Positions 1 to 14,095 of a stretch of DNA of 64,000 nt are shown piece after piece. A program made the translations under genes and the position numbers. Source of the stretch: Trichosphaerium sp. ATCC 40318 (taxonomy: Eukaryota > Protista > Tubulinea); contig JALMLS010000368.1 of NCBI GenBank assembly GCA_038496445.1, forward strand, positions 1 to 64,000, written 5' to 3'. The notes beneath the pieces are model-generated. The model had not been told where the DNA came from. It ran no database searches and saw nothing but the letters and a program-made list of their open reading frames with translations. The stretch's first letter is position 1; every line of letters begins with the position of its first letter.

Positions 1-1234
1 GGACTCTTGTGTGTTTGAGAATAACACTTGCCTGTAAGTATTCTCTGTTCTTGGTTTTTTGCTAACAACACTCGGTAGAACAAATACTTCAGCAGTTCTA
101 AGTTATCCCTCATTTTCTAGTCGTAATTCCAATATTACAATAAGGTGATTAACACTAAAGAATTTATTTATTTATACAGGGCTTACCTCGTTATAGAAAT
201 ACAAGATTTTCTGCCGCAGGTGATGATGGTACCATAAGAATAGATACTTGTAAATAGTTTTAATCCACAACTAGCAATCGCAGGCACTGTGTTTTCTTGT
301 GATGATGTACCAACTAATTTCACGTGTGGACTTGGTAAGTGCTATATTAGTACATCCTTTGATGACTGCAACACAAACGGTACCACCAAAAGCTAATTTG
401 GCAGTATTTAATTTTATCAAATAGTTACATGTGAGAACGACAAGTACTGTGGTACGATATTTGTACAAGGCTTCAATTTTCTTTGTATTTTCTCCTAATG
501 TACAACCTACAGTTTTACCAACTGTGTCTCCAACTACAAACACACCTACGACTATACCTACTACAAGCGTAGCTCTGCCAAATCAAACTGTGTTATCTAG
601 TCCTTTTACAATAGGTGGAGACTTCATTCACTCAGGAACGGCTACAATTGTACCAGGAGGCTTTCTTCTGGTTGAAGGTAACATTTGATTGTTCATGATC
701 CTTGATTTGTCTTATTAAGTGTAGGATCGATTGTGATACCACCAAATACAACATTCATCATTGATTACACTCTTTATAATAAAATAACAATTGGTGACAC
801 ACGTGAAGAAGTGATGAGAAGTAACAATGGCACAATAACCGGTGATGTTACTCTCGTTCCGCCACAGGCAAAACAATGTGTAACAGCAAGGCTTGATCGG
901 ACTTTTTCATCGTATGTCTCTCTTTTGAGTGAAATGTGATCTAACTATCCTTGATTTTAGGATATTTGTAATTGCTTCGAAACCTGACTCTTGTGGCAAC
1001 AGAACAGAATCAGTGAATGTTGGATTGGTGTTAGGTATTACTTTTGGTGTTCTCGCATTGGTATGTCAGTATTTTTGAATAGCTGTAGTTCAACTAGTCT
1101 ATACTCTCAACTCTAACTTTGAACACTAATTACGATGGTAGATGATAATTGGTCTCCTTGTGATTTTCTTTGTTCGAAAGTTGAGACATGCAGTTGTACC
1201 ATACTCATTACGAAGAACTATAGCACGAGATTAA
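1..1234 (+). CDS. Receptor-like type I membrane protein, paralog R1 (3' part, multi-exon)
   Basis: Spliced exons give DSCVFENNTC, a Pro/Thr stalk (431-688 ORF), GGFLLVEG..IPPNTTFIID..REEVMRSNN, TM NVGLVLGITFGVL and tail VRKLRHAVVPYSLRR; TAA at 1232-1234. Homologous to five other copies in the window. Confidence 0.8.
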
Positions 1235-1754
1235 TCCTATTGAAGAGTAATTGTATTTACTATTCATTAAACACCATATCATATTGCCTTTTTCTTCCTT
1301 GATTTGAAATAGATCTGCTACATTTGAAGTTATTAATACTTCGGACCAATCTATGATATTGGCATTTTTTCTATTTGTTGGTAATCATAGCAATATTGCT
1401 TATTGGTGAGCGCAGCACGTGCACACATGGGACAACAAAGCATTATTTCTACTGTTGTGTGCTATGGAGAGGCGAGCCAGTTAACAGTTTTTGCTGTTGT
1501 AGTCTAAAATTAGTAGCTCCTCTGTACATTCTTATACATTCAGAGAATACATTTTGTGTATTTCGTCAAAGTTCAAATTATTATTTCGTGTAAATACTTG
1601 GAAAGAATGTGCCCTTTTACACGTGTTGTTATGCTGTGAACACCGTTGACTAGCTACTTTTTCGACAGCATAAAGTAACGCGCCTTGAGTAAGCTGTGCT
1701 TAATCAAAATAAACCAAACAATCAAACAACACCACATAATAGCATAATAAAGCC

Positions 1755-2405
1755 ATGGAAAACGAATACATACCTAACGAGATCATCGAAGGCGTATTAT
1801 TCCTTGGAAGCAGGCATTGTAGGCTTTATTTAGCTCAAAAGCGTAATTAAGCATCTCACGTCATTTTAGCACGCGCAGACAAGGCACAGCTTGAATCTTT
1901 GAACATTGGGTTTGTTTTAGACATAAGTGCGCTTCCAGGTCTCGCAAAACACCCTCCAATAGAATACCTTGAGTTATCTATACTAGACAGGTACTTATAC
2001 ACGATAAAAGCAATATGGTGACTAAAAAACACAAAAGAAAAGAAACTCCAATAATAGAAACTTACACTTCCGTTTTGGATAAAATTGCTAAAGTTAGAGC
2101 AGAAAAAAAAGCGACACTAGTTCATTGCAACCATGGTGTATCACGTGCGTTATTATTAAAGTCTTTTATTTTGTTATAGCTAATCGATAATAGGATCCTC
2201 GGCTTTTGTAATGTTCTACCTTATTACCGTAGAAAGGATGACATTGTATCATGCTTTCAAGCATGTTAAAGAAAGGCGTAGAGTTGCACTTCCAAATGTT
2301 GGCTTTCTACGACAACTCATTGAAGTTGAGACTAAAGAGTTAGGATCATCAACACTCACTATTGGTAAGTATGGTCAAATTTTGTGGAACAAGCCAAAAG
2401 AGTAA
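1755..2405 (+). CDS. Dual-specificity protein phosphatase (4 exons)
   Basis: MENEYIPNEIIEGVLFLGS...LVHCNHGVSRSSAFVMFYL...VKERRRVALPNVGFLRQL after removing three GT-AG introns; canonical HCxxGxSRS motif. Confidence 0.92.
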
Positions 2406-2761
2406 AGTCAATACTGTGAGATGGACGTGCGCCTTTTGACAGTTTTTTTTCTACTTGCTACAGTATTGTACAATAACCGCAACCATCTAATTGTAATGTA
2501 CTTCGAATATACGATAATTATTTTGCCTACCAAGTTTGGAAAATGTCTTTGACGCACTTTTGTCTTTTGTCTTTGGACAATTAGCAGAAACGCGCTTTTA
2601 TTTCAATGGAGGCTTTGGCCAGAGCAAGATCATCAATGTGGGCTGTTTCGAAGTGATCCTTAATAGTATTGAAAGACAATATATATTGCTTGTTTCAAAG
2701 GAGTTAAAAATAGGCATTTAGGTCAAACAGCGTCAAACAACACAATTGCTTGACCCACACT

Positions 2762-3670
2762 ATGTCTGAAGCAGGCGGACATCTTCTATCAACTCAATGC
2801 TTACCGGCAGAGATACTGACCGATATTCTACTTTATTTGAACAGAAAACAGCGTATATCATCTTCTATAGTCTCTCGGCGTTTTAACGACATAATACGCG
2901 GTAATATCGGCTTTGGATGTATAAAATTGAAGCGAGCGCAAGTAGCATCGGATTGTCGCGTTCTCAAAGGCAGTCCGTTGCTTAAAAATACTGAAATCAA
3001 CTGCGCTGGTTATATTGTAACTGATAGCGACTTGGCTTGCCTTTGTGGCGTACATACAATAAATCTAGACGCTATGCGAAACACAGATAAAGTGATGGTG
3101 TCATTGCTTCAAGACGGTAACCACTCTATTCATAAGATAATGCTTAGTGGCGCAGATATATCAGATGTTACATTAAAGTCACTACGAAGCGTTCATACGA
3201 TTCGTTTATGTTGTTGTAAGAAAATAACTGATGTCGGCTTGAAAGAGCTAAAAGATGTACACACAATAGACATTGAGGGCTGTGATCGCATCACAGTTAG
3301 AGGTATAGCAGCACTCAAAGGTGTACATAATATTACCCTGATGAGAGCAAAAGATTCATGGCTTAAACACCTTGCAAATGTCCATACAGTTCACATAAGC
3401 GGAGATATAACAAATGAAAGAATCTCCGACTTGAAAAATGTCAAGAAGCTTATACTTTGTAAGTGCGACAAAATTACAGATGAAGGTATGAAGAAACTAG
3501 TTAACCTTGAAGAATTACATGTATCACATTATATGCGTATTACGGATGAATGTTTGAAGCATATGAAGTCACTCAAGGTTGTTGAGATTGGTGAGTATTG
3601 TAAGATAACATGTGAAGGCATTGAGTCTTTGGGTATTACATGTATAGAACGTCCAGTTGAATGGAGGTAG
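2762..3670 (+). CDS. F-box/LRR protein F1 (intronless)
   Basis: N-terminal F-box (LPAEILTDILLYL..VSRRF), GSPLLKNT motif, cysteine-containing LRRs (VHTIxLxxCxxITDxGL). Confidence 0.88.
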   Translation: MSEAGGHLLSTQCLPAEILTDILLYLNRKQRISSSIVSRRFNDIIRGNIGFGCIKLKRAQVASDCRVLKGSPLLKNTEINCAGYIVTDSDLACLCGVHTINLDAMRNTDKVMVSLLQDGNHSIHKIMLSGADISDVTLKSLRSVHTIRLCCCKKITDVGLKELKDVHTIDIEGCDRITVRGIAALKGVHNITLMRAKDSWLKHLANVHTVHISGDITNERISDLKNVKKLILCKCDKITDEGMKKLVNLEELHVSHYMRITDECLKHMKSLKVVEIGEYCKITCEGIESLGITCIERPVEWR

Positions 3671-4859
3671 ACATTATCACGTGACAGAACACAACATAGC
3701 TAGTTTGTTTTAGTTGATGTAACGAATAAATATGTTAAAAGTAGTTGAGCCTCGCATGCTTTAGTTGTAACAAGAATACCAAAAGATTTTACTTTTATTT
3801 TAAATGTATTGCCAGGCAATACTGGGGTTGACGTCAAATAATCTTTCTGCCTTACAGCATATAAAAATATGAGTCACCTACCTCACAATCACATGACACT
3901 TTCAATGTTTTTTCACATATTGGATTGTGCACTACTCTTAGCGAATCGGTGGTGTTTGGAGCCCTTTTTGTGTACCAGGTTTACCCAAAATGGCTTTTTA
4001 ACCCATTGTGTTGAATTGTGCTACTATTGCATCAGCAATATACCAAACACCTTTGAGAGAAGGGCAGACCTGATAGAACAAAGTAAGACATGTTACTAAG
4101 TCCTATAAAAATAGATGTAAAGTTGCCGATATTTCAGAAGATCAAGTGAGTAATTAGATTGGACTGAATGATCCAAACAGTTTTATGAGTACCGCTAGCC
4201 ATAGCAGTAAATGCGAAAGTCAATATAGAGTTCATTTAGATATCCTCTCATACAGCCTACCTCAGCTTTAGAAAGCTCAAACCGAGCTAAACATCTGCAA
4301 ACTGTACATCATAAATGTACAGGACTCTACCTTATAAACAAACGAGGACGCAGGAAACAAAAGGAGAGAGTTTCGTTTTCCTAATGTACCAACAACTCCA
4401 CAAGCCAAAACAGAATTAATCGTTTGGTAGCACGTTTTGCAAACCAAAACATTGCTGAAACTGTTCTCACGCAGAATGTGCATTATCCAAACGAGTGTAT
4501 TTTTAACATAGGTTTAGAAGATTACAGATTTTTGTTGCTGAGTATCTTAGCCGTCGGTTAACCGGCTACAGGTTTCGTGGCCTGCGTAGCTGGGACCCTT
4601 ACCTGACCACCTCTAATTGTGTCACACTCATTACGAAGAACCACAATTAAAAAGATTACTTGTTAAAAAGAAACTGTAACTTAATGTTGTAAGCCCAGAT
4701 TCAATACAGGTTCTCATATTCGTAGCGATATCTCTCGCTATAATATTGGCTTAACAAAATGCTTTAGTATCTCAAACGAGTACACTTCTGAAAAACTTCC
4801 ACAACAAAACACCGAGTACCAAGACTATATCCTATTGAACGCGACAGCAATATCGAGAA

Positions 4860-5260
4860 TAAAAACAATATTAGGATGGCATTAAACTTGAAAAAGCACT
4901 TATCGATTTGAGTATTGGAGCAACGAAACTTATGCTTCCTAAATTCTGTGTCAAAACCTTGTTGTTTTAGGGCGTGATTAAGAACCCAGTATTCGACTGA
5001 GTCTTATGTCTTGGAGAAATCTATGTAAATTGCGAAGATATATTTGTTGTTTGCTTCGGCCTTTTCAATGACATGGCGGTATGTTCTTTGGCCATGGTTA
5101 TGTTACGTTCTTGGTAGAAACTGTATTGTATGTTGGTCATTATTTTATGTTTTTTAATTATCTCAGTCAGACGTTTGTTTATCATTTGAGTTTCTATCTT
5201 GTACATAGAGTTGAGGAGAGCTGTAGGTCTATAGTAAAAGGTTAAGTTTTTTGCCTTTTT
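4860..5260 (-). mobile_element. Degenerate non-LTR (LINE-like) reverse transcriptase fragment
   Basis: YRPTALLNSMYKI..NKRL..II..QYSF (RT domains 1-2) followed by DFSKT*DSVEY (domain 3, DFSKAYDSV-like), with stops and frameshifts. Confidence 0.75.
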
Positions 5261-5689
5261 TTGTTGGAGGAAAATGAGGTACTTTTGAGACCTCATTGGA
5301 GGTTCAAACGGAGTTTCCACAAGGTGGCTCTATCCACAGCCGAGCTCTTCGCCACTTACCAAACTTTCTCGTAAATTCCATTGGTAGTTTATTTGTTACG
5401 TGGGTTTGAAAAAACGGTTGTGTTCGCAAAAAATTACCACATGCCAGTGCTTCACATTTAAAATGTGATATTTTCGAGTTCTGTCAGCAGTGTCAGATCC
5501 GTCAAATCCCTCAGATTGTCTAAATAGACAATACAAACACTCACATTACTTTGCAATCTCTACAGTATCAATCTAAACACGTTGATCTAGAATTGACAAA
5601 AACTCACAAAAACTTGCAAAAAGTTACTTAGCTTAACTTGAATGCATGGACAATAATCGATTGGGACGATGAGTATTTTACTGTTAGTT

Positions 5690-8109
5690 TCAAACAGAAG
5701 ATATTTCTACTTCCTTGGTTGTTAAAGTATAAGGGAAAATGGCTCGTCTCAACTTAGGTACAAAGAAAGCAATAATCAGACCTACAGCAATCTACCATAC
5801 AAATTTAGTTTGAGAAAAATAAACGAAAACAAGAAAAAGAAATGTCTTCACATACGAACACAAGAATGCCAAATGTGACACCTAATACCAAACCAACATT
5901 TACTGATGCTCTGCTATCACAACTATCAGCTCTTGATGTGATCACAATTATGCTAGCAAAAGTTAGAGATCAGTGCAAAAATAAAAAGCATACGATGAAA
6001 GAGTCCGCTCAATTCTTGCCAATACACATTCTGGTGAAAGAACTGTAAAAGTACCATTGATACAGTTGCTGTTGCTTCGTATTACTTCTCTTCTTGTCTC
6101 ACCAACACCTGTTGTGTTATTATCATTTGTGAAGTCAATGATGAACGTTGTATTTGATGGTATCACAATACATCCTTAACATCGGATTAACCAATAAACG
6201 TGTGCTAAATAACTTGTGACACAAGACATACCTTCAACTTGAAGAAAGCCTCCTGGAGTGATTGTTGCTATCTCTGAGTTTACAAAGTCACCAACTATTA
6301 TCAAAGGGCTAGACAACACTATTTCAGGTGGCAGACTACCAACTGTTGGTGCGGCTGTAGGTGATACAGTTGTCGGTTCGAATGTTGGTGCAGTTGTAGG
6401 CGATATTGTGGTTGGTGATATTGTTGGAGGAATGAAAGTTTTGCCTTCGCAAGTAACTATTCAACACTGTAAGAGAGCAAATACAAATAATTTATACCAT
6501 TAGCTTGACAATCTGCAAAATGTGTGGTGATATCAGAGTAGCTGCAGCCACATGTAAGATTTGTTGGTGTTGAAGGACAATCAAAAACGCTTCCAGTATC
6601 TATTTGATAAATTAGTACAATACAATTGCTTGTCCATTACTATTGTTGAGGCTGTTTTCAAACGTTGTTGTATTTCTAAACACGACATTTAGTATTCTTA
6701 CTGTGTTGGAAATAACATATTAGTTAGTGTACCTGATTGTAATGTCCATGGAAGACCCGATCAATGCTGGGGATATTGTAGTTGTTAAAGTATTTTGTAC
6801 TTGTTTTCTAGAAGTCGGAATCAGTTATTTCAGTTGACTATTAAATTTAGGCAGAACGTTACACGCATGTAATATTCTCAAATACACAAGAATCTATCAC
6901 CGCTGATCCACTGCTTGTTAGACCACTCAATACCAATGATCCAACTATTACAGGTGATTAATATGGCGCTTGGATAGAACACGTGTACCAGTACATCTGT
7001 CATTGATTGGTCTTTCTTCTTCCACAGTATTATCAATAAAAGTTGAGTTCAATATCTGTACATCAATTGAATTTGCGTATAGTACTGAGACATAGTAATC
7101 AGAGTTTGCTATATACAAATGAGAATATATGAGGACTGATATCTGCATACCAGAACCACTTGCAAGTACGTAATTGTCCTTGAACACGCAAGAGTTGATT
7201 GTAACCTAAATAAATGCATGTGTAAATATTTAGCCTATTATACAAAGTCACAAATTACTCTATCAACAGCTCTGAATGTAGCAACAATTCCTATGTTTAA
7301 ATAGTTATGATCAAACAAAATAAGGGAATCAAATATTACCTCTCCCTGTCATTCTATTGAGAAGAACTCCTCCTTTAAAATTATGTTGAAAATGACAATT
7401 ACTCACAGAAACTGTTTCGACTGTTTCTATCCATAATCCCAAAGGCTCGGCAAATCTTCCTCTCTCATCGAACAGTTCATGGAAAAGTGAATTGCGAACA
7501 GCAACATTTTGACTATTTCTCATTAATTGTGGCAAAATCGAAATAAATCACGTGTACCTGTCAAATATTTGAATATAACTCTCTGTGCCTGTAACTACCA
7601 TATTCCTACACAATAGTCAATTGATCAATAAACTAGACTTGTAATGTGAATGTACTCTACAGTGACATTTGCAAAGTCATTCAATCTGATTTTACAACCA
7701 TCAAACGTAAATCCTGATAATGAGATGCAAATGTTATTATTCCCGTTCACCGTCTTCTGTTGGATTGAGCACGAAACATTTATGCCTTTATTTAACGCTA
7801 AATAATTTGTTACAGAACCTTTCAAAAGCGTCAACATACCATAAATGTCTAAACTTTCGGAAAGTATAACTTGAAACGTGCCAGGAAAATTTAATCCAGT
7901 AGAATTGAGAATAAGCGTGGTTGGTCCTTCGTTCAAGTAGCACCCCATATCAGTGCCACAAACGTGGTCACTTGAAGTTACGACTAAGATGTTTGGCAAA
8001 TTAATAAAACGTCATATCGCGCTGAATAGGTATTCGTACTTGTGTTACCGTGGGTAGGTGTGGCAAGAGCAAAAAACAAAAAGGCAGTACAGAAATAACG
8101 CAAAGTCAT
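5690..8109 (-). CDS. Receptor-like type I membrane protein, paralog R2
   Basis: Signal peptide, beta-helix-like ectodomain (repeated VxxSxFxxN), Pro/Thr stalk, RSNSNCINGTF domain, TM and VPKLRRAIFPYTL tail; many short GT-AG introns. Confidence 0.82.
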
Positions 8110-9107
8110 TTACTATACCAGGAATAAGCATTATTGGGCGTAATGAAGCGTTTTTTAGAAGGTAAATTTCGTTTTTAAAACGCACGTGATGCTTTCCAAA
8201 ACTATTATCAAAATTACAATGTGTAACATGTTCTCATTAGTTTTTGTCGAACCTCTCATTTGCTTTTAACTGCCCACAGAGTCTTTATCAATCATTTTGA
8301 CGCGATATATTTAGCGGATAAATTATACCACGCTTTTGTGTACCAAAAGTAAAGTATTTGAACGTGAACAATCCGTACGTCAAAAGAACGTCACTGGTTG
8401 AAAATTACAGATATCAAACAATAAAATGTGAGCTTATTTGAACTGGGAAACAGTTAGCCAAATTTCGTAAGCATTCCAAACAAGCTTACCAGCTTTAAAA
8501 CGTACTGTTAAATGACGACATACAGTGTGAAAGCGTAAAATTATGTTGTAGGCGTGAAATAAATTATTTACTGAAAAAGTGTTGCCTTAAAAGGAAAGTA
8601 TCAGCATATGCTCCTTGAGCACTTGGTCATGATGCCTCAGTCTCGCCAACCGTATAAAAAGCTCCGTTTATATGGGAACAGAAGTTACATACATTGTACA
8701 ACAGTTTTAGGCTGAAAAAGTAGATTGCTATCTAAAAATCAAGCAACAATGCTCTAGACGCCGTTGCTTGCGCGTAAAGAATGTTTATGTAGGTGTCTAC
8801 AAAACGCTGTTTAAAACAAAACGGCAATAAAAAGGTAAAACTCACTAGGTTCCCTCAATTATATTCTACCACACATATTTAAACCCTATTCTTTATGTTA
8901 CAGCTATTCGTTGTTTGGACCGCATTCGTCTTAGCCTTTAATGTGTGTTTTTTCGAAAAAATTCCACGTGTAGAAAACTCATGTGCTGTAACAAAAAGAG
9001 GTCATGCACATAACCAAGCATGCTTGTACTTAAATAGCCAAAAATGATCATTGGTTTTTTTTTAAATCACGTGGGTTACTTTCAAGCTTATTCAATAGTA
9101 AACTAAA

Positions 9108-10486
9108 ATGTTACGGACTATACAGCGTCTAAGGCCACACAAAACCACTACTAGATGTTATTGTTCTATGTACGAAGCCACAGAAGGGTTCAATGTGGAT
9201 AGTAACAGGTTCCAAGCGAAATTTCTGAACAACTCTAAATCGGTTAAAAAAATATAGATACGAGCGTGGAAGGCCTTCTTATCGGCAAGATGTAGTTGAT
9301 AGCGTTATTAAAACGCTTTCACTTGACAATACCAAGACGGTTATTGAAATAGGCGCTGGAACGGGCATTTTCACACGTTCGTTGGGTAACTAAGGTATGG
9401 AACTCTAAATCGCTATTAACGGGTTTTTAAGTTCCTTCGAACGCTAAAATAATCGCTGTTGAGCCTGTAGAAGGTACCTTACCAAGGATCCATTAATACT
9501 AATTAATAATAGCTATGAGAACTCACCTAAAGAAGTCGATACCAGGTATCAGTTTCTTTTCGTACATGTGATTTTTGTTAAACTTCGTGCAGATATTGAC
9601 GTACACAATGGTAGAGGAGATAGCATACCTGTAGAAGATGGAGTTGCGGATGGTATTGTAATAGCACAAGCATTTCACTGGTACTATTTGAGCTGGCTAT
9701 CGCCTTCCAACAGAATTTAGGATGGCAACGAATGACACACTTAAAGAACTGTCACGAGTTCTAAAGCCCAAAGGTAAAGTAACAAATAACAATAGCATCA
9801 CTGACAATAATGTAATAGGCAAGGTGGTATTGGTTTGGAATGCAATGGACCAATTATTTCCATGGGTTAGCATGGTTTTCCGGTTAATTTATTAATGATA
9901 ACTTGAAATAGGTTAAAGAATTATGTGATTTATTGCTTCCTTATAGAGGTGATACCCCTCAATACTGGTACATGTTTTATGAATAGTATTTCATGTTAAA
10001 AATCATAAATCACGTGTTTTTCTATCATCCAAGAGTTTTAGTACAAAAAATCCTCAAAAACTTAAGGGGACGTCCCTTACGCTACTCTTCCTTTGTGTTG
10101 CTCACTTTTTAAGGCTCGGTTGGTGGAAGAAATGTTTTGATTCTCAAGATATGTTTTCAATGCCATTGAAACACGAACTTTTTAAAGGTGTAAAACAACA
10201 AGCCAGCTCGGTATCAGGTGCATTTAAAATATACTTAACCCAAAAAAAAAAAAGTAATGTTTGGAGTGTTTAGTGATTGAGGATCGTATACTTAGCATCA
10301 GTTATATGTCTAAGCTTGAAAGAGAAGTGCAAGAAGAAGTTAGATCAAAAGTAAGACAAATAACAAATGAGAGAAACGAGAACAAAGATGGATTGGTTAG
10401 CAATTTTAATGTTTTGGTTTTAATTAAGCTCGTTCTAGTACATTCCATACTACACTGACGTGTTTGCTACTTCAAAATTACAGTAG
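9108..10486 (+). CDS. Class I SAM-dependent methyltransferase (Methyltransf_11-like), possible organellar presequence
   Basis: Spliced product YERGRPSY...IEIGAGTGIFTR...IAVEPVEAM...AQAFHW...RVLKPKG..LVWN...PYYTDVF; Arg-rich N-terminus. Confidence 0.88.
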
Positions 10487-10797
10487 AAAATACAAAAAGC
10501 ATAGAACGTTGATGTGACTCAAACAAATAAACTTGTTATGGCTACACTTAAGAACGCCGCTTGCAGTACCATTTTTACGCAGTTTGACTTTAGGTCCATT
10601 TCACCACACTCACAATTTCTCTTTGCCTATCAACCGAATCAGTGCCTTTGTGATAACATATCAGATGTTCCTGTCATGGCTTTGTGTCAGTGTTACACGA
10701 TAAGGTTTTTGTAAATTCAAAAACAAGTAGCTAATTCGGAAATACTTTCATGAACCATTTACATCTTTTTAACTCCTGAAATGTTGATGTGTTTTTA

Positions 10798-12300
10798 TTA
10801 GTTCACAAACTTAACACTTCCCTTGTACGTGTTACAATCGAACTGTACAGTAGCTTTACTCCATTTTCTAACAAAAATACCACTGTCTTTCTCAGTTTCA
10901 TGACAAACTTCCATAGGTGTTCCATAATCAAGCTTCAATTCGTCTGGGAATGCATAAGGGTTGCCCGCCGCGCCAGGTGGCTCTGATCCAGTAGAACATC
11001 CTTGCCATCCGTACCCAAGCCAAGCATAAGGACCTCTTACCAACAAAAAGCCGGCCATATCTTCTTCTAATTGAGGTAGATAAGATACATTCCTGTTCGG
11101 CATCAAGGTGAACTAAAACAAGTTACTTTTATGTCAGGTTTGAGTATGGTACTTACTAAGTAGTAGATTGCGTTTGTGTACACATGAGAATCACTACTAC
11201 ATTCAGCTCTGAAGGTAGCTGCACATTTTTCTTTTGTAGGTGTTGAAAAATGGCTGAATTGTTGCCAGCTCCAGCCGTTATTTGAAGCAATTGCTTCATA
11301 AACTTTAGCAACATTCGATTGCCAATTGGTGTAAATGTCAGTCAGGTCCTTTTGATCTAGTCCCATGTCAAGTACGCAATAGTAATCCTCTTCGGTGGCA
11401 CCGCCTAGCATTCAATGAGAACTTACAAAGAAATGGTAGCCAGAAAGAAAGAACTTTTTGAATAAACAACAACGTCGTGCCGTATTTGAAATTGTCACAT
11501 TGATGACGGGTGTTAATGGAGGGTGAATCAGTCCAGCGATCATCTAGAAAGAGCCCAGATATGTGCTCATTACCGAGAGCTTTTGAGAAATGTTACATCC
11601 AACAGGAAAAAAAAAAAAAAAGACTTTTCTTGCCTGTTTTGCCAAGAATCACGTGATTTACCAAATAATCCGTTAACGTCGTGTTACGATGATCCCAAAG
11701 ATATTCACCACATGGAACACCACCACAATCGCATGGATCAATACAGGACCCTTCACCGTGAGGATGGTGAGGTGATTGTTCTTGATCGTGATAAAATTCT
11801 GTACATAGTGGCGGATTGTAATTATTGTCGCACTGAGGCACGTGATAGTTATTTTTACCAGAGAATTTAAGAAACCATCCTTCGTAAGCTTTATTTGATA
11901 TTTTACTATTAACGTTGGTATACCATGGGAGAGCTGGGATGCGTGTAAGTTAAAAGACGTTGAAAGCAAGTCAGTCGGTACCTTTCACGAGATTTCTGTA
12001 AACAAAAACTTTCGTTTTAGGGTTTATTGCCTTCACACGAGCCGCTTGTTCTACCAATAGCTCTTCACATGTCATAGGCTTTCCGTTAACCCATAGGTTT
12101 TTCGCATTACTCCAGTCAAAATCAGCTATACCGAATTGAGCTGCGAATTTCGCATCAAAGAAGCCAGAAGTATTACAAGGCATAAAGATAGTTGACATTT
12201 GCATATCATACGTTGGCTCCCAACTGGGTACACTACCGCAGTAGCAGCATGCGATATATATTGCCAGTAAAAGACAAGCTTTACTTATAATGTCGTTCAT
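10798..12300 (-). CDS. Secreted glycoside-hydrolase-like protein
   Basis: Signal peptide, WEPTYDM..STIFMPCN, DFDWSNAK, VFVYRNLVKALPW, GLFLDD, FLLVRGPYAWLGYGW, DYGTP..C, FVRKWSKATV.FDCN. The family assignment is by recalled resemblance only. Confidence 0.7.
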
Positions 12301-13486
12301 GTCACTTTGAAATGTATGTTACTATTTCTTTGTGCACTTTTAACTCTGTAGACTTTTCAGCATTGCTCGCTTTATTCCTCGAGAAATCTGTGCAGTACTT
12401 AGACAAGAACCGCCGTTGTAATCTTGAAACGTGATAAGCTTATTCCGACCTTGCGGAGAAAACAAAACTACAAAGATGGCTTGTGTCTAAATGCACGAAA
12501 TGAAGACAACATCCCTCTGTATAAGCGTATCTTTGCTCATACTAATGTGTTTGTCAAATACTTGAATCCGAATCAGAAAATCTCACCTGAGCTCTGGCTC
12601 TTAGCGATACTGGGTTTTAACAAAAGAGACTACAACTACACACACACAATATCACATGAAGATGCCATTCTATAACCAACACGCGTTCACACATGAAAGT
12701 GAGCGCTACAAGGCAATGGTTCTTGGATCCGTTTTGGCTATGTGTCACATACATAGCCACTGCTCTCCAAGTAACACAATAAAACGCTACAGTGAAAATA
12801 TTAAACCGTAGGAAAGCGAAGAAATGGCCCACATGACACCAGATAGATATATAAAAAATACCTAATTGGCCGAAAAATTATTTTAGTTAGGCTGTACCAA
12901 CAAATAGCAGATTTGGTGCCCCCCCAGCCGTTGGTCTTACGGGTGCATAGTGGGTACCTTTGTATCGTTGTCATTTAATACGCTGACACTAGTAAAGTTA
13001 ATGACATTGCTGGAATATATGCACAGCTTGATCTTATGAAACAAAATATCGGCAACTTTACACATCTATTTTTATAAGACTTAGTAACATGTCTTACTTT
13101 GTTCTATCAAGGTGTTTGGTATATTGCTTATGCAATAGTAGCATAATTCAACAATGGGTTAAAAAGGTATTTTGGGTAAACCTGGTATACAAAAAGGGCT
13201 CCAAACACACCACCGATTTCGCTAAGAGTAGTGAATCCGATATGTGAAAAAACATTGAAAGTGTCACGTGATTGTGAGGTAGGTGACTCATATTTTTATT
13301 TGCTGTAAGGCAGAAAGATTATTTGACGTCAACCCCTGGTATTGCCTGGCAATACATTTTAAAATAAAAGTAAAATCTTTTGGTATTCTTGTTACAACTA
13401 AAGCATGCGAGGCTCAACTACTTTTAACATATTTATTCGTTACATCAACTAAAACAAACTAGCTATGTTGTGTCATGTGATAATGT

Positions 13487-13940
13487 CTACCTCCATTCAA
13501 CTGGACGTTCTACACATGTAATAATACCCAAAGACTCAATACCTTCACGTGTTATCTTACAATACTCACCAATCTCAACAACCTTGAGTGACTTCATATG
13601 CTTCAAACATTCATCCGTAATACGCATATAATGTGATACATGTAATTCTTCAAGGTTAACTAGTTTCTTCATACCTTCATCAGTAATTTTGTCGCACATA
13701 CAAAGTATAAGCTTCTTGACATCAGGGTAATATTATGTACACCTTTGAGTGCTGCTATACCTCTAACTGTGATGCGATGACAGCCCTCAATGTCTATTGT
13801 GTGTACATCTTTTAGCTCTTTCAAGCCGACATCAGTTATTTTCTTACAACAACATAACCGAATCGTATGAACGCTTCGTAGTGACTTTCATGTAACATCT
13901 GATATATCTGCGCCACTAAGCCTTAGCTTATGAGAGTGTT
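13487..13940 (-). pseudogene. Truncated, internally deleted copy of F-box/LRR gene F1
   Basis: Near-identical to 3117-3670, lacks the F-box, and has an ~100-bp deletion at an ATG microhomology. Confidence 0.88.
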
Positions 13941-13942
13941 AA

Positions 13943-14095
13943 CGTGTACGAAAAAGAAACTGATACCTGGTATCGACTTCTTAATTAATAGTGGATCGTT
14001 GGAAAAACCCGTTAGTAGCGATTTAGAGTTCCATACCTCTAGTTACCCAACGAACGCGTGAAAATGCCCGTTCCAGCGCCAATTTCAATAACTGT
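13943..14095 (-). pseudogene. Deleted fragment of the methyltransferase gene
   Basis: Matches 9338-9568 (IEIGAGTGIFTRSL) with internal deletions. Confidence 0.85.

Noticed and set aside
209-275. Possible 24-25 nt micro-introns in R1
   Set aside because: A 46-nt GT-AG intron at the position matching the paralogs restores the frame.
4546-4615. GC-rich hairpin-forming stretch near the LINE remnant, possible ribozyme
   Set aside because: No complete hammerhead (CUGANGA plus GAAA) or HDV-like core could be identified by eye; needs an Infernal scan.
4626-4641. 16-bp match to the R1 tail (actcattacgaagaac)
   Set aside because: A match this short can arise by chance in 64 kb of AT-rich DNA.
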